64,000 nucleotides of DNA from Pseudophaeobacter sp. (GCA_027019165.1 JALUXC010000012.1:440773-504772); one strand, 5' to 3'. Positions 42,487 through 52,946 are shown, counted from the first letter of the stretch. Notes: a model not told the origin generated them from the letters alone. A program made the numbers and translations.

Positions 42487-43902
42487 CTAGCTGGTAAAGG
42501 CCATCCGCAAACCACCCCAGTGACGCCCGTTCACAGTGATCGGCGCTGAAAGATCTTTCATCATCACAAATTGACCGCCCCCCATGTCGCGCCGGTAGAC
42601 CTGCATCAGGAAGGGGCCGGTATTGCGTCCAGCCTTTAGGCCAACGCGATCATCAAAAATCCTGCGATTGCGGCAGTTGGCCATGTTCCAATCCGGGTCT
42701 GGGCCCTGGGGATGGGAAAATTTCTTATTGTGCGTCGGCAGATAGCCGTTCACATCGACCGCAGCTGAGAAGACAACCCGCGGATCGAGGTCCAGCGCGC
42801 TTTCCAAAAGAGGCGGTAAGACGCTATCGGTGAATTTCGTGAATCCGGTCATCACCTGCTGCGGATTCGTGTTCGGGATCGGCACATACGTCCGGTCAAA
42901 AAGCGCAGCCTCGGTGATCTGTCCGCTCTCAAGGCCTTTTTGGAACAGGTCGGCGATATTAGCGGCCATGTCCGTGACAAAGGCGATGAACTTCTTGTCG
43001 GCGGATTGCCCGCCGAGCGCGATTGTTCCCTGCACAAGCCGTTCGGAGGAGGCAACAAGCTTTTCAACCCGATCATGGGCGTTGTGAATACCAGTCGTGG
43101 TTTCCTCAACCGAGGTCTTGATCCGGTTGATATTGGGAAAGCAGGCCTCCATGGCATCGCGCACGGTTGTGGCGTCGCTCAAAATGCGGGTCGTGCCGGT
43201 GCTGACATGCTGAGTGTCTTTCTCAATTCCGAGCAAGGAGGCATCGGTATCCCGGGCCTGATCCAAAATGCGGCTTGCCGATTGTGAGATCGTCTCGGTT
43301 TCCTGGTCCAGGTCCTTGATCCAGGCGTAAAGAGTTTCGATGTTCCGGCTGATTTCACTTGCAGCAACGGTGGTGCGTTTGGACAGATCGTTGATCGCTT
43401 CGGCGACAACGGCAAAACCGCGCCCTGCATCGCCGGCGCGTCCCGCTTCGATCTTTGCGTTGATCGCTAGGATGTTCACCTGGGCGGCAATGGCGGAAAT
43501 TTTTTCGTTGTCCTTGCGCATTGCGTCAACCGTATCGGCGACGGCCTCTGTACGGTTGTTGAGGTCCTGCACCCATTCGGCAACCTCTTGTCCGTGGCCG
43601 CTGCTTTCGCGGACCAATGTGACTGAGTTTTGAACGGAGGCAAGGGTCTGCTGCGCGGATTTGGTCACCGCGTCTACGGTTTCCATCACCTGGGCGTTTG
43701 CATTGACAACGCGTTCGGCGCCGCGATCAAGCTGTTTGAGGTCGTCCAGCTGGGTTTTCGACTTGCATTCGATCGCGTCCAAAAATCCGGCGATATCCAC
43801 GATTTCAAAGCCGAGCTGGGAGGAGATTTCAGCCAACTCATTCATGTCTGCATCGGCACCAAGGGGTGCTGACGGCTGAGGCGCACTATTCAACTTCTGC
43901 AT
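42487..43902 (-). CDS. Soluble methyl-accepting chemotaxis protein with C-terminal sensor-like domain
   Basis: Hairpin-tip motif [27 protein letters not shown]; no TM segment; about 170-aa globular C-terminal domain. Confidence 0.9.
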   Translation of the reverse strand: MQKLNSAPQPSAPLGADADMNELAEISSQLGFEIVDIAGFLDAIECKSKTQLDDLKQLDRGAERVVNANAQVMETVDAVTKSAQQTLASVQNSVTLVRESSGHGQEVAEWVQDLNNRTEAVADTVDAMRKDNEKISAIAAQVNILAINAKIEAGRAGDAGRGFAVVAEAINDLSKRTTVAASEISRNIETLYAWIKDLDQETETISQSASRILDQARDTDASLLGIEKDTQHVSTGTTRILSDATTVRDAMEACFPNINRIKTSVEETTTGIHNAHDRVEKLVASSERLVQGTIALGGQSADKKFIAFVTDMAANIADLFQKGLESGQITEAALFDRTYVPIPNTNPQQVMTGFTKFTDSVLPPLLESALDLDPRVVFSAAVDVNGYLPTHNKKFSHPQGPDPDWNMANCRNRRIFDDRVGLKAGRNTGPFLMQVYRRDMGGGQFVMMKDLSAPITVNGRHWGGLRMAFTS

Positions 43903-43948
43903 TCTGGCTCCGCCTACACAAGATCGTAAACGGATACCGCAGTTGCGG

Positions 43949-43987
43949 TGAATTTTGCGTTAAGCGCAGTTTTCTTTTGCGTTAAGC
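43949..43987. promoter_or_regulatory. 13-bp direct repeat containing a CtrA-like site upstream of the chemoreceptor
   Basis: TTTTGCGTTAAGC at 43953 and 43975; TGAA-TTTTGCG-TTAA at 43949-43963. Confidence 0.4.
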
Positions 43988-44412
43988 TGCATTGCCTCAA
44001 GCGTCGCATCAAGAGCCAACATGATTGAGGCATGGCGATTTTTGAACTCCCGCGCGGGCAGCAGAACTTCCAATTCTTGAAAAGGAGGGGGCGGAGGAGT
44101 GGCGCCTTCTGTCAGCATCGCCTTAAGAGCGTCGCGTGCGGTTTGAACCTCATCCAAAGTGCATCCGACGATGTTCTCGCCCACCACCGAAGCGGCGGCC
44201 TGTCCCAAGGCGCAGGCTTTCACATCCTGACCGAACGCCGCAATCTTTCCATCCGCAATGTTGAGGTCCACGGTCACGGTTGAGCCACACAAAGGAGAGC
44301 GTTTCTTTACGGTAACATCCGGCGCGTCCAGTCGCTCCAGGTGCGGAATATCTGCCGCCAGCGCAAGAATGCGCGAAGAATAGAGCTTGATCAGATCGGT
44401 TTCACTGGACAT
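43960..44412 (-). CDS. NifU/IscU-N-like Fe-S scaffold family protein
   Basis: SPLCGSTVTV, DVKACALGQAAAS, RHASIML; start placed at ATG 44412. Confidence 0.85.
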   Translation of the reverse strand: MSSETDLIKLYSSRILALAADIPHLERLDAPDVTVKKRSPLCGSTVTVDLNIADGKIAAFGQDVKACALGQAAASVVGENIVGCTLDEVQTARDALKAMLTEGATPPPPPFQELEVLLPAREFKNRHASIMLALDATLEAMQLNAKENCA

Positions 44413-44488
44413 GACGGCCTCGGGGTTTCCCTTGGGGTGACTTCCCAATACATAGGCAGCAACGCCTCAGATGCAAAAGGTTTTTGCC

Positions 44489-44863
44489 ATGACTGCCAGT
44501 ACACTTTCCTTTGATCCGCAAGGCCTGCGCTATGACAACAAAGGTTTGATCCCTTGCATCGCGCAGGACCATGACAGCGGCGAGGTGCTCATGATGGCGT
44601 GGATGAACGCAGATAGCGTCGCGCGCACGCTTGAGACCGGCAAGGTCACCTACTGGTCGCGGTCGCGCCAGTCGTTCTGGATCAAGGGGGAAAGCTCAGG
44701 TCACGTGCAAGAGCTTGTGGATCTGAGGCTCGACTGCGATCGCGACTGTCTGCTGGCCGTCGTGCGCCAGACGGGACCAGCGTGCCATACCAACCGGCGC
44801 AGTTGCTTTTACACGGCCGTCCGTGACGGCGAAGAGGTCGAACTGATGAAGCCCATGGTATAG
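44489..44863 (+). CDS. hisI: Phosphoribosyl-AMP cyclohydrolase
   Basis: YWSRSR, KGESSGH, DCDRDCLL, ACHTNRRSCFY motifs. Confidence 0.96.
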   Translation: MTASTLSFDPQGLRYDNKGLIPCIAQDHDSGEVLMMAWMNADSVARTLETGKVTYWSRSRQSFWIKGESSGHVQELVDLRLDCDRDCLLAVVRQTGPACHTNRRSCFYTAVRDGEEVELMKPMV

Positions 44864-44869
44864 GGGCCC

Positions 44870-45712
44870 TCAGGTCAGACCAACCATGCGGCGAATATCC
44901 TGTGGCGTTGCCCCTTCACTGCGGTATTTTGAAATTGCTCGGGCGTCGTCCCGTTTTGCCAGCCGTTTGCCCGCATCATCCCGGATCAGCCGGTGGTGGT
45001 GGTAGACGGGGACTGGCTGCTCGAGCAACCTCAGCAACATAACCTGAAGCGGTGTGAAATCGAAAAGATCCTCTCCGCGCACAACATGGGTGATGCCCTG
45101 ATGCACGTCGTCAAGCGCGGAGGCCAGGAAATAGGCGATGATCTCTTCGCCTTTGCGTGACAAGACCACATCGCCGATGTCCTGCAAGGCCTTGTCCGCA
45201 TCAATGGCATGTTGGCCTTTGTAGGTTTCACCTGTTTCTTGGAATGCAACGGTGCGGCCCTGGAGTTGCGCCAGAGCGCGGTCCATATGCAGGCGCAGCG
45301 CGTCACCCGCTTTGCGGCTGGCCATGCTGCGCTGCTTGCAGGTACCGGGATACACATCGTGGCTGACGCCTTCCTGCGGGGCAGACACTGCGGCGCGGAT
45401 GTCGGCGCGGCTGCAGGAGCAGGGATAGAGCAGCCCCATGGCCTCGAACCGATCAAGGTAGGCGTCATACTGCGTGAGGTGCTCTGACTGACGCAGGATT
45501 GGGCCGTCCCAGGTCAGTCCCAGCCAAGTGAGGTCTTCGACTATCGCTGCGTCCCATTCCGGCTTGGCGCGCTGCAGGTCGGTGTCTTCCATGCGCAAGA
45601 GGAATTCACCGCCAGCGGCGCGGGCCATGTCATGGGCAATGATCGCGGAATAGGCATGGCCCAGATGCAACGGTCCTGTGGGCGAGGGCGCAAAGCGTGT
45701 GCGAAAGGTCAT
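44870..45712 (-). CDS. gluQ: Glutamyl-Q tRNA(Asp) synthetase
   Basis: [32 protein letters not shown]; catalytic domain only, no anticodon-binding domain. Confidence 0.9.
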   Translation of the reverse strand: MTFRTRFAPSPTGPLHLGHAYSAIIAHDMARAAGGEFLLRMEDTDLQRAKPEWDAAIVEDLTWLGLTWDGPILRQSEHLTQYDAYLDRFEAMGLLYPCSCSRADIRAAVSAPQEGVSHDVYPGTCKQRSMASRKAGDALRLHMDRALAQLQGRTVAFQETGETYKGQHAIDADKALQDIGDVVLSRKGEEIIAYFLASALDDVHQGITHVVRGEDLFDFTPLQVMLLRLLEQPVPVYHHHRLIRDDAGKRLAKRDDARAISKYRSEGATPQDIRRMVGLT

Positions 45713-45727
45713 TGCACCCCTCAAGCT

Positions 45728-47071
45728 TTAGGAAAACTGGCCCAGCCAGTCGGTCCAGGCGGCTTTGGCCCGGTCGGTATAGGCTTTGTAACGGTCCTTG
45801 CGGCTCCGCCGCCCGCCTTTGAGCCCATCCACCGGGCGGAACAGACCAAAGTTCACATTCATCGGCTGAAAGGTCTTGGCCTCGGCGCCGCCGGTGATGT
45901 GATGGATCAGCGCGCCCATGGCGCTGTCTTGTGGCACCTCCGACAGGTCCCTCCCCAAGATCTCGGCTGCGGCCATGCGGCCTGCCAGCAGACCCATGGC
46001 GGCGCTCTCCACATAGCCTTCAACCCCGGTGATCTGCCCGGCAAAGCGGATATGGGGTTTGGATTTCAGACGCATCTGGCCGTCCAGAAGTGTCGGAGAG
46101 TTCAGGAAGGTATTGCGGTGAATGCCGCCGAGGCGGGCAAAGCTGGCGTTTTCAAGCCCCGGAATCATCCGGAACACCTCGGTCTGGGCGCCGTACTTCA
46201 TCTTGGTCTGGAAGCCGACGATATTGAACAGCGTTCCCAGCGCATTGTCGCGGCGCAACTGCACAACCGCATGAGCCTTGACGTCGGGTTGGTGCGGGTT
46301 GGTCAGGCCCACGGGCTTCATCGGCCCATGGCGCAGGGTCTCGCGGCCACGTTCGGCCATCACTTCGATCGGCAGGCAGCCATCGAAGTAGCCTGCGGTC
46401 TCACCCTCGTGGAATTCGGTCTTGTCTGCTGCCAAGAGCGCGTCGATGAAGGCTTCGTACTGCTGCTTGTCCATCGGGCAGTTGAGGTAGGCTGTGCGCT
46501 CCTCCTCGGTCTCACCCTTGTCATAGCGCGACTGCATCCAGGCCTTGGACATATCGATGCTTTCGGCATAGACGATGGGTGCGATGGCATCAAAAAAGGC
46601 CAGCGCTTCGGCCCCGGTTTCCGCCTGAATCGCTTGACCCAGAGACGGAGAGGTCAGCGGTCCGGTGGCAAAGATCCAGTGCCCGTCCATTGGCAAATCG
46701 GTGATTTCCTCATAGGAAACAGTGACATTCGTGTGGCTTTTCAGCTTGGCCGTGATGGTTTCGGCAAAGGGATCCCGGTCAACGGCCAATGCGCCGCCTG
46801 CGGGCAGGCGATGGGCATCGGCGGTTGTCATGATCAGGCCATTTGCGGCGCGCATTTCCCAGTGCAACAGCCCAACGGCGTTCTGCTCATCATCATCGGA
46901 CCGGAAGGAGTTGGAGCAGACCATCTCCCCAAGGTTGCCGGTCTGATGGGCAAAGGTTTCGACCTTGGGGCGCATTTCATGGAGCACCACCTTCACGCCC
47001 ATGTTTGCGGCCTGCCAGGCGGCTTCGGACCCGGCCATGCCGCCGCCAACGATATGCAATTCTTGTGTCAT
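45728..47071 (-). CDS. trmFO: Folate/FAD-dependent tRNA m5U54 methyltransferase
   Basis: [50 protein letters not shown] motifs. Confidence 0.96.
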   Translation of the reverse strand: MTQELHIVGGGMAGSEAAWQAANMGVKVVLHEMRPKVETFAHQTGNLGEMVCSNSFRSDDDEQNAVGLLHWEMRAANGLIMTTADAHRLPAGGALAVDRDPFAETITAKLKSHTNVTVSYEEITDLPMDGHWIFATGPLTSPSLGQAIQAETGAEALAFFDAIAPIVYAESIDMSKAWMQSRYDKGETEEERTAYLNCPMDKQQYEAFIDALLAADKTEFHEGETAGYFDGCLPIEVMAERGRETLRHGPMKPVGLTNPHQPDVKAHAVVQLRRDNALGTLFNIVGFQTKMKYGAQTEVFRMIPGLENASFARLGGIHRNTFLNSPTLLDGQMRLKSKPHIRFAGQITGVEGYVESAAMGLLAGRMAAAEILGRDLSEVPQDSAMGALIHHITGGAEAKTFQPMNVNFGLFRPVDGLKGGRRSRKDRYKAYTDRAKAAWTDWLGQFS

Positions 47072-47406
47072 GAGGTGCCACATAGGGCAGGCGTGGCCCG
47101 TGCGCAATAAGACATACGCGGGCTGCAATAGCCGCAGCCTGTCAGAAAGCGATGCATGCGCTCTGGCTGCAATCAGATTCGCATGTTGGACGGGGGGGAT
47201 TTTGGGGTCGCTGCGGCGGGAATGTCAGCCGGGGAGAGAGACCCGGATCGGAGGGACCTTCCGACGCAGCGACCCAAAATTGTGACCGGCTTGTGACCGG
47301 TGCCCAATCTTTGCCATGATCCTGCCTTTTTTGAAAGACCGGATATGGAAACAATATCCGGTCAATCGTAAACAAAGACTGAACTTGTCTTAAATTTTCG
47401 GAAAAT

Positions 47407-48195
47407 TCAGGTCTTTTCCCAATTCGGCGGGCGCTTTTCGATAAAGGCGGCCAGCCCTTCGATGGTGTCGCGGTGCATCAGGTTCTCGACGATCACATCG
47501 CTTGTGTAGGCATAGGCTTCCTCAATCGGCATTTCGAGCTGGCGATAGTAGGCTTCCTTGCCAATCTTCACCGCTGAGCCGAGCTTGCCTGCGATGGTGG
47601 TCGCCAGTTTCAGGGTTTCGGCCTCCAGATCTTCGCCGGGTACGGCCCGATTGATCAGGCCAAGCTCGGCTGCGCGCGGGGCTGACATGAATTCGCCAGT
47701 GGTCAGCAGTTCAAAGGCGTGTTTGCGCGGGACATTGCGGGACAGGGCCACCATGGGGGTAGAGCAGAAGAGCCCGATGTTGACACCGTTCACTCCAAAC
47801 CGCGTGTCATCCGCCGCAATGGCAAGATCGCAGGAGGCGACAAGCTGGCAACCCGCCGCCGTTGCTATTCCGTGCACTTGCGCGATCACCGGTTGGGGCA
47901 GGCGCTGCAGGCCCAGCATGACCGAGGTGCAGCGGGCAAAAAGATCCTGAAAATTGGCCTTGCCCCCATCCGCAGCCTCACGCCCCGCTGTCATCTGGCG
48001 GATGTCATGGCCTGCGCAAAAGGCTTTGCCCACGCCAGACAGCACGACCGCCTTGATACTGCTGTCCCCTCGCAGCGCATCAATCTGCTGCTGCAGGGCC
48101 GCCAGCATCTCATCCGAGAGCGCATTCAACCGCTCGGGGGCGTTCATGCGCAGATGCGCGATACCATCCGCGTCGCGACGTTCCAGAATTGTCAT
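47407..48195 (-). CDS. Enoyl-CoA hydratase/isomerase family protein
   Basis: AFCAGHD, ATAAGCQLVASCDL, GVNIGLFCSTP motifs. Confidence 0.92.
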   Translation of the reverse strand: MTILERRDADGIAHLRMNAPERLNALSDEMLAALQQQIDALRGDSSIKAVVLSGVGKAFCAGHDIRQMTAGREAADGGKANFQDLFARCTSVMLGLQRLPQPVIAQVHGIATAAGCQLVASCDLAIAADDTRFGVNGVNIGLFCSTPMVALSRNVPRKHAFELLTTGEFMSAPRAAELGLINRAVPGEDLEAETLKLATTIAGKLGSAVKIGKEAYYRQLEMPIEEAYAYTSDVIVENLMHRDTIEGLAAFIEKRPPNWEKT

Positions 48196-48253
48196 CTTGT
48201 ACTCCTGACCCTCTTTGGGGCAACTCTAGGCGGGACAAGGGAGAAGGAAAAGC

Positions 48254-48676
48254 ATGCGATTGGCTTTTGATGCGGCGGGTTTGTCCGCCTATATGGGGGA
48301 AATCTTTCCGCAGGTTGCGGATGATTTTGCGGTGGAGGAGTTGACCGAGGCCGGGATCACCATGCGCCTGCTGGTGGCAGAGCGTCATCTGCGACCGGGG
48401 GGAACCGTCTCGGGCCCGTCCATGTTCGCGCTGGCGGATGTCACGGTTTATGGGCTGGTGCTGTCGCGGCTGGGGCGCAAGGCGTTGGCCGTCACCACCA
48501 ATTGCTCGCTCGATTTCATGCGCAAGCCCGAAGCCGGGGTCGATCTGATTGCCAAGGGCACCTTGTTGAAACTGGGCCGTGCGCTGGCGGTGGGGGATGT
48601 TCATATGTTCTCGGCCGGGTCGGACAAGATGGTGGCGCGTTCCACCATGACCTATTCGATACCGCCCGAGAAGTAG
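48254..48676 (+). CDS. PaaI-family hotdog thioesterase
   Basis: HLRPGGTVSGPSMFALAD, LDFMRKP motifs. Confidence 0.9.
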   Translation: MRLAFDAAGLSAYMGEIFPQVADDFAVEELTEAGITMRLLVAERHLRPGGTVSGPSMFALADVTVYGLVLSRLGRKALAVTTNCSLDFMRKPEAGVDLIAKGTLLKLGRALAVGDVHMFSAGSDKMVARSTMTYSIPPEK

Positions 48677-48679
48677 TGG

Positions 48680-49570
48680 TTACCGGGCCGTTGCCAAGGG
48701 TTGACCAACCTTAACAAGGGTTTCCAAGCCCTTGGCACTATTGGCAACCAGATCATCTGAAAAACGGATCTTGCCGGGTTCGAAGACAACGACGACGGTG
48801 GAGCCTCCGAACTTGAAATAGCCCTTCTCCTGCATCTTGGTGACGGCGCCGCTGGTGGTGGTGTTGACGATGGAGCCGACACCAAAGGCGCCCACTTCGA
48901 CGAAACACATCGTGCCCGCGGCTTCGGTCTCGATCAGGGTCAGGCAGCGCTTGTTGTCGCCAAAGACATCTGGTCCGGCGCCGAGGGCAATCGGGTTCAC
49001 CGAATGCAGGGCACCGGGGATATCAAGGCTGTCCACGATCCGGCCAGCGGTTGGGAAATGGTAGCGGTGGTAATCTGCAGGGCACAGCCGAACAATGGCC
49101 AGCGCGCCGCCCAGGAACCGCTCATACTGGCCGGGCAGCATGGAGCGGATCGACATCGGATGGCCCTTTACGGGCACAAATTGATCCTCGTCCAGCTCGG
49201 GAAATACCAGAACACGCCCATCGGCGGGAGAGACAATTTGGCTGGGATCCTCATCATAAGGGCGGGCTTCAGGCTTTAGATGGCGGATGAAGAAATCATT
49301 GAAACATGTAAAACTTTCAACAGGATCACGTGCTTCATGCATGTCGATGGATAGTTCTTTGACGACCGAAGTGACCTTGCCTTTCGAAAGTGGTGAGTCA
49401 AACCAGGCACCGAACAGGCGACTGAGGAATGTAGAGCGAAACAATGTGCGCTCCAACAGGCTTGACCCGGAATCCTGATAGGCCCAACGGATCCATTTCT
49501 CTCCCAGGATCACCTCATCAAAGGTCTCCCCCGTTGTGCGGTCGACCACCTGGATCGGCTTCTGTGTCAT
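48680..49570 (-). CDS. psd: Phosphatidylserine decarboxylase proenzyme, GGST type
   Basis: FNDFFIRHL, SPADG, RLCPADYHRYHFP, HSVNP, EVGAFGVGSI, KGYFKFGGST (48797-48811). Start placed at ATG 49570; the longer track ORF overlaps the endolysin. Confidence 0.9.
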   Translation of the reverse strand: MTQKPIQVVDRTTGETFDEVILGEKWIRWAYQDSGSSLLERTLFRSTFLSRLFGAWFDSPLSKGKVTSVVKELSIDMHEARDPVESFTCFNDFFIRHLKPEARPYDEDPSQIVSPADGRVLVFPELDEDQFVPVKGHPMSIRSMLPGQYERFLGGALAIVRLCPADYHRYHFPTAGRIVDSLDIPGALHSVNPIALGAGPDVFGDNKRCLTLIETEAAGTMCFVEVGAFGVGSIVNTTTSGAVTKMQEKGYFKFGGSTVVVVFEPGKIRFSDDLVANSAKGLETLVKVGQPLATAR

Positions 49571-49729
49571 GTCGTTGCCTTGGCCTGTTTTGATGACGCG
49601 AATTAGCAGATGTTGGGCGTCAGAAACAAGGCAAGGCAGTCGTGTTGCCGGTGGACGGTGCGGTGAAGAAAGTCTTGGTGAACGGTTCTTTGTCACTCTG
49701 CAGGCCCACAAAGAATGGCGGGCGTACCC

Positions 49730-50341
49730 ATGAAAGTCAGAGACATCGCCGAGGATATTCTGCGCCGTGAGGGCGGCTATGTGAATGATCCAGACGATCC
49801 CGGCGGCGCGACCAACCATGGTGTAACCATTCACACCCTGCAGCGCCTTGGGCTTGATTTGACCGGTGATGGTCGGGTGGACATTCAGGATGTCAGGGCG
49901 TTGAGCCGGGAGCAGGCAATCGACATTTTTGTCAAAGAGTACTTTGAGCGCCCGGGGTTGAGCCGATTGCCTGACGCTCTGCAGGCCAGTGTTTTCGACA
50001 TGTATGTCAATGCAGGCAGCAACGCGGTTCGTATCCTGCAGCGTCTGCTGGTGCAGATGGGGTATGATGTGGCAGTGGATGGGGTGATGGGGCCACAAAC
50101 GGCAACGGCGGCCCATCGGGCTTCCAGGGTTGATGCGGCAAGCCTACGGGATGCCTACGGAATTGCCCGGCGCAGCTATTACTTTGACCTGGCCGACCGT
50201 CGTCCTGCCAGCCGCAAGTTCGCCCGCACACGCGCGGGCAACAAAGGCGGCTGGATCCGCCGGGCCGAAGAATTCATCTCGAAGCAGTACCACATGGATG
50301 CAGCCACGTTTCGGGCCAGGGTGGCCACATGGGGAGGGTAG
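49730..50341 (+). CDS. GH108 N-acetylmuramidase with PG-binding domain (GTA-type endolysin)
   Basis: REGGYVNDPDDPGGATNHGVT, FDMYVNAG, VDGVMGPQT, KGGWIRRAE motifs. Confidence 0.9.
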   Translation: MKVRDIAEDILRREGGYVNDPDDPGGATNHGVTIHTLQRLGLDLTGDGRVDIQDVRALSREQAIDIFVKEYFERPGLSRLPDALQASVFDMYVNAGSNAVRILQRLLVQMGYDVAVDGVMGPQTATAAHRASRVDAASLRDAYGIARRSYYFDLADRRPASRKFARTRAGNKGGWIRRAEEFISKQYHMDAATFRARVATWGG

Positions 50342-50345
50342 TCTG

Positions 50346-50903
50346 ATGCTCAAGGCGCTGTTCAACTCGCTCTTTGGTCATGATCGCAATGTGTTGCGTG
50401 ACACGGTTGAAGTCTTTCGGGAAAACACCGAGGCCGGCGCGGAGCGCGCGCATCTGAATCGCAAAGCGGCTTTGGAGCAATTCGCGGCTGAGTTTGTTAT
50501 GAACGACCGCAGCGCCTTTGACCGCGCAATTGACGGACTCAATCGGCTTCCACGTCCCATGCTGGCCTTTGCCACCTTGATGCTGCTGGCCTCGGCCATG
50601 GTGGATCCGGTCTGGTTTTCAAAACGCATGGAGGGACTTCTTCTGGTTCCTGAGCCATTATGGTGGCTGTTGGGCGTGATCGTGTCCTTCTACTTTGGCG
50701 CAAGGCACCAGGCCAAAAGCCAGGAATTTCAGCGCAGTCTGTCACGGATGTTGGCTAGTGCGCCGCAGATTTTGCCTGCCGTTGGGGGAGAGGCAGAGGT
50801 CGCCCTTCCAGGGCGCCCGGAAGTCAAACGCCTTGCCGAGGCTGAGAATGCGGCTCTTCTGGCCTGGCGCGAAAGTGAGCAGCAAGGAAGCGCATCGGGT
50901 TGA
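50346..50903 (+). CDS. GTA-type 3-TM holin family protein
   Basis: FDRAIDGLNRLPRP, VPEPLWWLLGVIVSFYFGAR; starts 4 nt after the endolysin stop. Confidence 0.85.
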   Translation: MLKALFNSLFGHDRNVLRDTVEVFRENTEAGAERAHLNRKAALEQFAAEFVMNDRSAFDRAIDGLNRLPRPMLAFATLMLLASAMVDPVWFSKRMEGLLLVPEPLWWLLGVIVSFYFGARHQAKSQEFQRSLSRMLASAPQILPAVGGEAEVALPGRPEVKRLAEAENAALLAWRESEQQGSASG

Positions 50904-50981
50904 TCACAAAATCGTAGGCTGCGGCGGCTGGACGCGCCGAATGCCATTGGCGCGCTTCGGGTGAGGGACTATAACCTCGGC

Positions 50982-52946
50982 ATGATTACTGAACTCGGTC
51001 ACTTCGCCCTCATCCTCGCCTTCATGGTGGCTATCGTGCAGATGGTCGTGCCCATGGTGGGCGCCCATAAACGCTGGCCCGGCTGGATGGCCGTCGCCGA
51101 ACCGGCTGCGCAGGCGCAGTTTTTCTTCACGGCTTTCTCCTTTGCAGCGCTGGTCTGGGCCTTTGTGACCTCTGACTTTTCGCTGCGCCTTGTGACGCTG
51201 AACAGCCATTCGGCCAAGCCGATGCTCTACAAGATTTCGGGCACCTGGGGAAATCACGAAGGCTCCATGCTGCTGTGGGTGCTGATCGTGAGCCTTTTTG
51301 GCGCCTTGGCCTCGGTCTTTGGGGGTGGATTGCCGCAAACGCTCAAGGCGCGTGTTCTGGCTGTGCAGGCGGCCATAGGTGTGGCGTTTTTCGCCTTTAT
51401 CCTGTTCACATCCAATCCGTTCCTACGGCTTGCGGTGCCGCCCTTTGATGGGCAGGATCTGAACCCGCTGTTGCAGGATCCGGGTCTCGCATTCCATCCG
51501 CCGTTTCTCTACCTTGGCTATGTGGGGCTTTCGATGGCCTTTTCCTTTGCCGTGGCGGCGCTGATTGAAGGGCGGATTGACGCAGCTTGGGGGCGCTGGG
51601 TGCGGCCCTGGACGCTGGCGGCCTGGATTTTCCTGACCATTGGCATCGCTCTGGGGTCCTGGTGGGCCTATTACGAACTGGGTTGGGGCGGGTTCTGGTT
51701 CTGGGATCCGGTCGAGAATGCCTCTTTCATGCCCTGGCTCTTGGCGGCTGCGCTGTTGCATTCGGCCATCGTGGTGGAAAAGCGGGAGGCGCTGAAAAGC
51801 TGGACGATCCTGCTGGCCATTCTGGCCTTTGGCTTTTCGCTGATCGGGACTTTCATCGTGCGCTCGGGCCTTCTGACCTCGGTCCACGCCTTTGCGAATG
51901 ATCCCGAACGTGGCGTGTTCATCCTGATCATCCTGGCGTTTTTCACTGGCGGTGCTCTGACACTCTTTGCGGCCCGGGCGCAGGAGATGCAGGCCAAGGG
52001 TGTCTTTGGGGTCGTCAGCCGCGAAGGCGCGCTGGTTGCCAATAATGTGCTTTTGGCAGTTAGCTGCTTTGTGGTGTTCTTTGGGACGCTCTGGCCGGTG
52101 GTGGCCGAGATGGCCTTTGACCGCAAGCTGAGCGTTGGCCCGCCCTTCTTCAACGCGGCCTTCACACCGTTCATGGTGATCCTCGGGGCGATCCTGCCGA
52201 TCGGGGCCATGATGCCTTGGAAACGGGGGCGGATTGGGCAGACGATTTGGTATCTGCGGTATGTTCTGGTGCTCTCGCTTGCCCTTGCCGTGCTGGCCTG
52301 GGCCATGCAAACGGGACGCTCGGCGCTTGGGCCGGTCGGTCTTTTCCTGGGCGCTTGGATGGTCTTTGGGGCTGCGGCCGATCTGTGGTCACGGACCGGA
52401 CAGGGCGGGCGTGCGGCGCGGCTTTTGCGTCTGCCCCGCGCAGACTGGGGCAAGGCAGTGGCGCATGCCGGTCTTGGCGTAACCATATTCGCCATCGCGG
52501 GTCTCACAGCCTGGGAAGAAGAAGACATCCGCGTGGCCCAGATTGGCACGCCTTTCACGGTTGGGTCTTATGAACTGGTGCTGGATTCGGTGGAGCGGGC
52601 GCGAGGCCCGAACTATTTCACCACGATGGGCACGGTCAGTGTCTTCCGCAGCGGGGAAGAAGTTGCGGTACTGCACCCGGAAAAACGCGATTATCCGGTC
52701 GCCAAAATGCCCACAACCGAGGCCGCGATCGATTACCAGTTGCTGCGCGATATCTATGTGGTGATCGGCGATCAGCAGGATGATGGCGGCTGGACTGTGC
52801 GCACCTACATCAAACCTCTGGCCAACTGGATCTGGGGTGGCTGTATCATGATGGCCCTTGGCGGCTTCCTCAGCCTCAGCGATAGGCGCTTCCGTGTGGC
52901 TGCTGGCGCGCGCAAGACCACGGGTGCAAAGGTGCCTGCAGAATGA
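50982..52946 (+). CDS. ccmF: Cytochrome c heme lyase CcmF
   Basis: WGNHEGS, HPPFLYLGY, GSWWAYYELGWGGFWFWDPVENAS motifs. Confidence 0.98.
   Translation: MITELGHFALILAFMVAIVQMVVPMVGAHKRWPGWMAVAEPAAQAQFFFTAFSFAALVWAFVTSDFSLRLVTLNSHSAKPMLYKISGTWGNHEGSMLLWVLIVSLFGALASVFGGGLPQTLKARVLAVQAAIGVAFFAFILFTSNPFLRLAVPPFDGQDLNPLLQDPGLAFHPPFLYLGYVGLSMAFSFAVAALIEGRIDAAWGRWVRPWTLAAWIFLTIGIALGSWWAYYELGWGGFWFWDPVENASFMPWLLAAALLHSAIVVEKREALKSWTILLAILAFGFSLIGTFIVRSGLLTSVHAFANDPERGVFILIILAFFTGGALTLFAARAQEMQAKGVFGVVSREGALVANNVLLAVSCFVVFFGTLWPVVAEMAFDRKLSVGPPFFNAAFTPFMVILGAILPIGAMMPWKRGRIGQTIWYLRYVLVLSLALAVLAWAMQTGRSALGPVGLFLGAWMVFGAAADLWSRTGQGGRAARLLRLPRADWGKAVAHAGLGVTIFAIAGLTAWEEEDIRVAQIGTPFTVGSYELVLDSVERARGPNYFTTMGTVSVFRSGEEVAVLHPEKRDYPVAKMPTTEAAIDYQLLRDIYVVIGDQQDDGGWTVRTYIKPLANWIWGGCIMMALGGFLSLSDRRFRVAAGARKTTGAKVPAE

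Noticed and set aside
44870-45712. Second glutamyl-tRNA synthetase as an unusual duplication
   Set aside because: Truncated catalytic-domain-only protein is the known GluQ paralog.
49571-50116. N-terminal extension of the 478-aa track ORF 48680..50116
   Set aside because: It overlaps the endolysin on the opposite strand; Psd-like sequence starts at ATG 49570.
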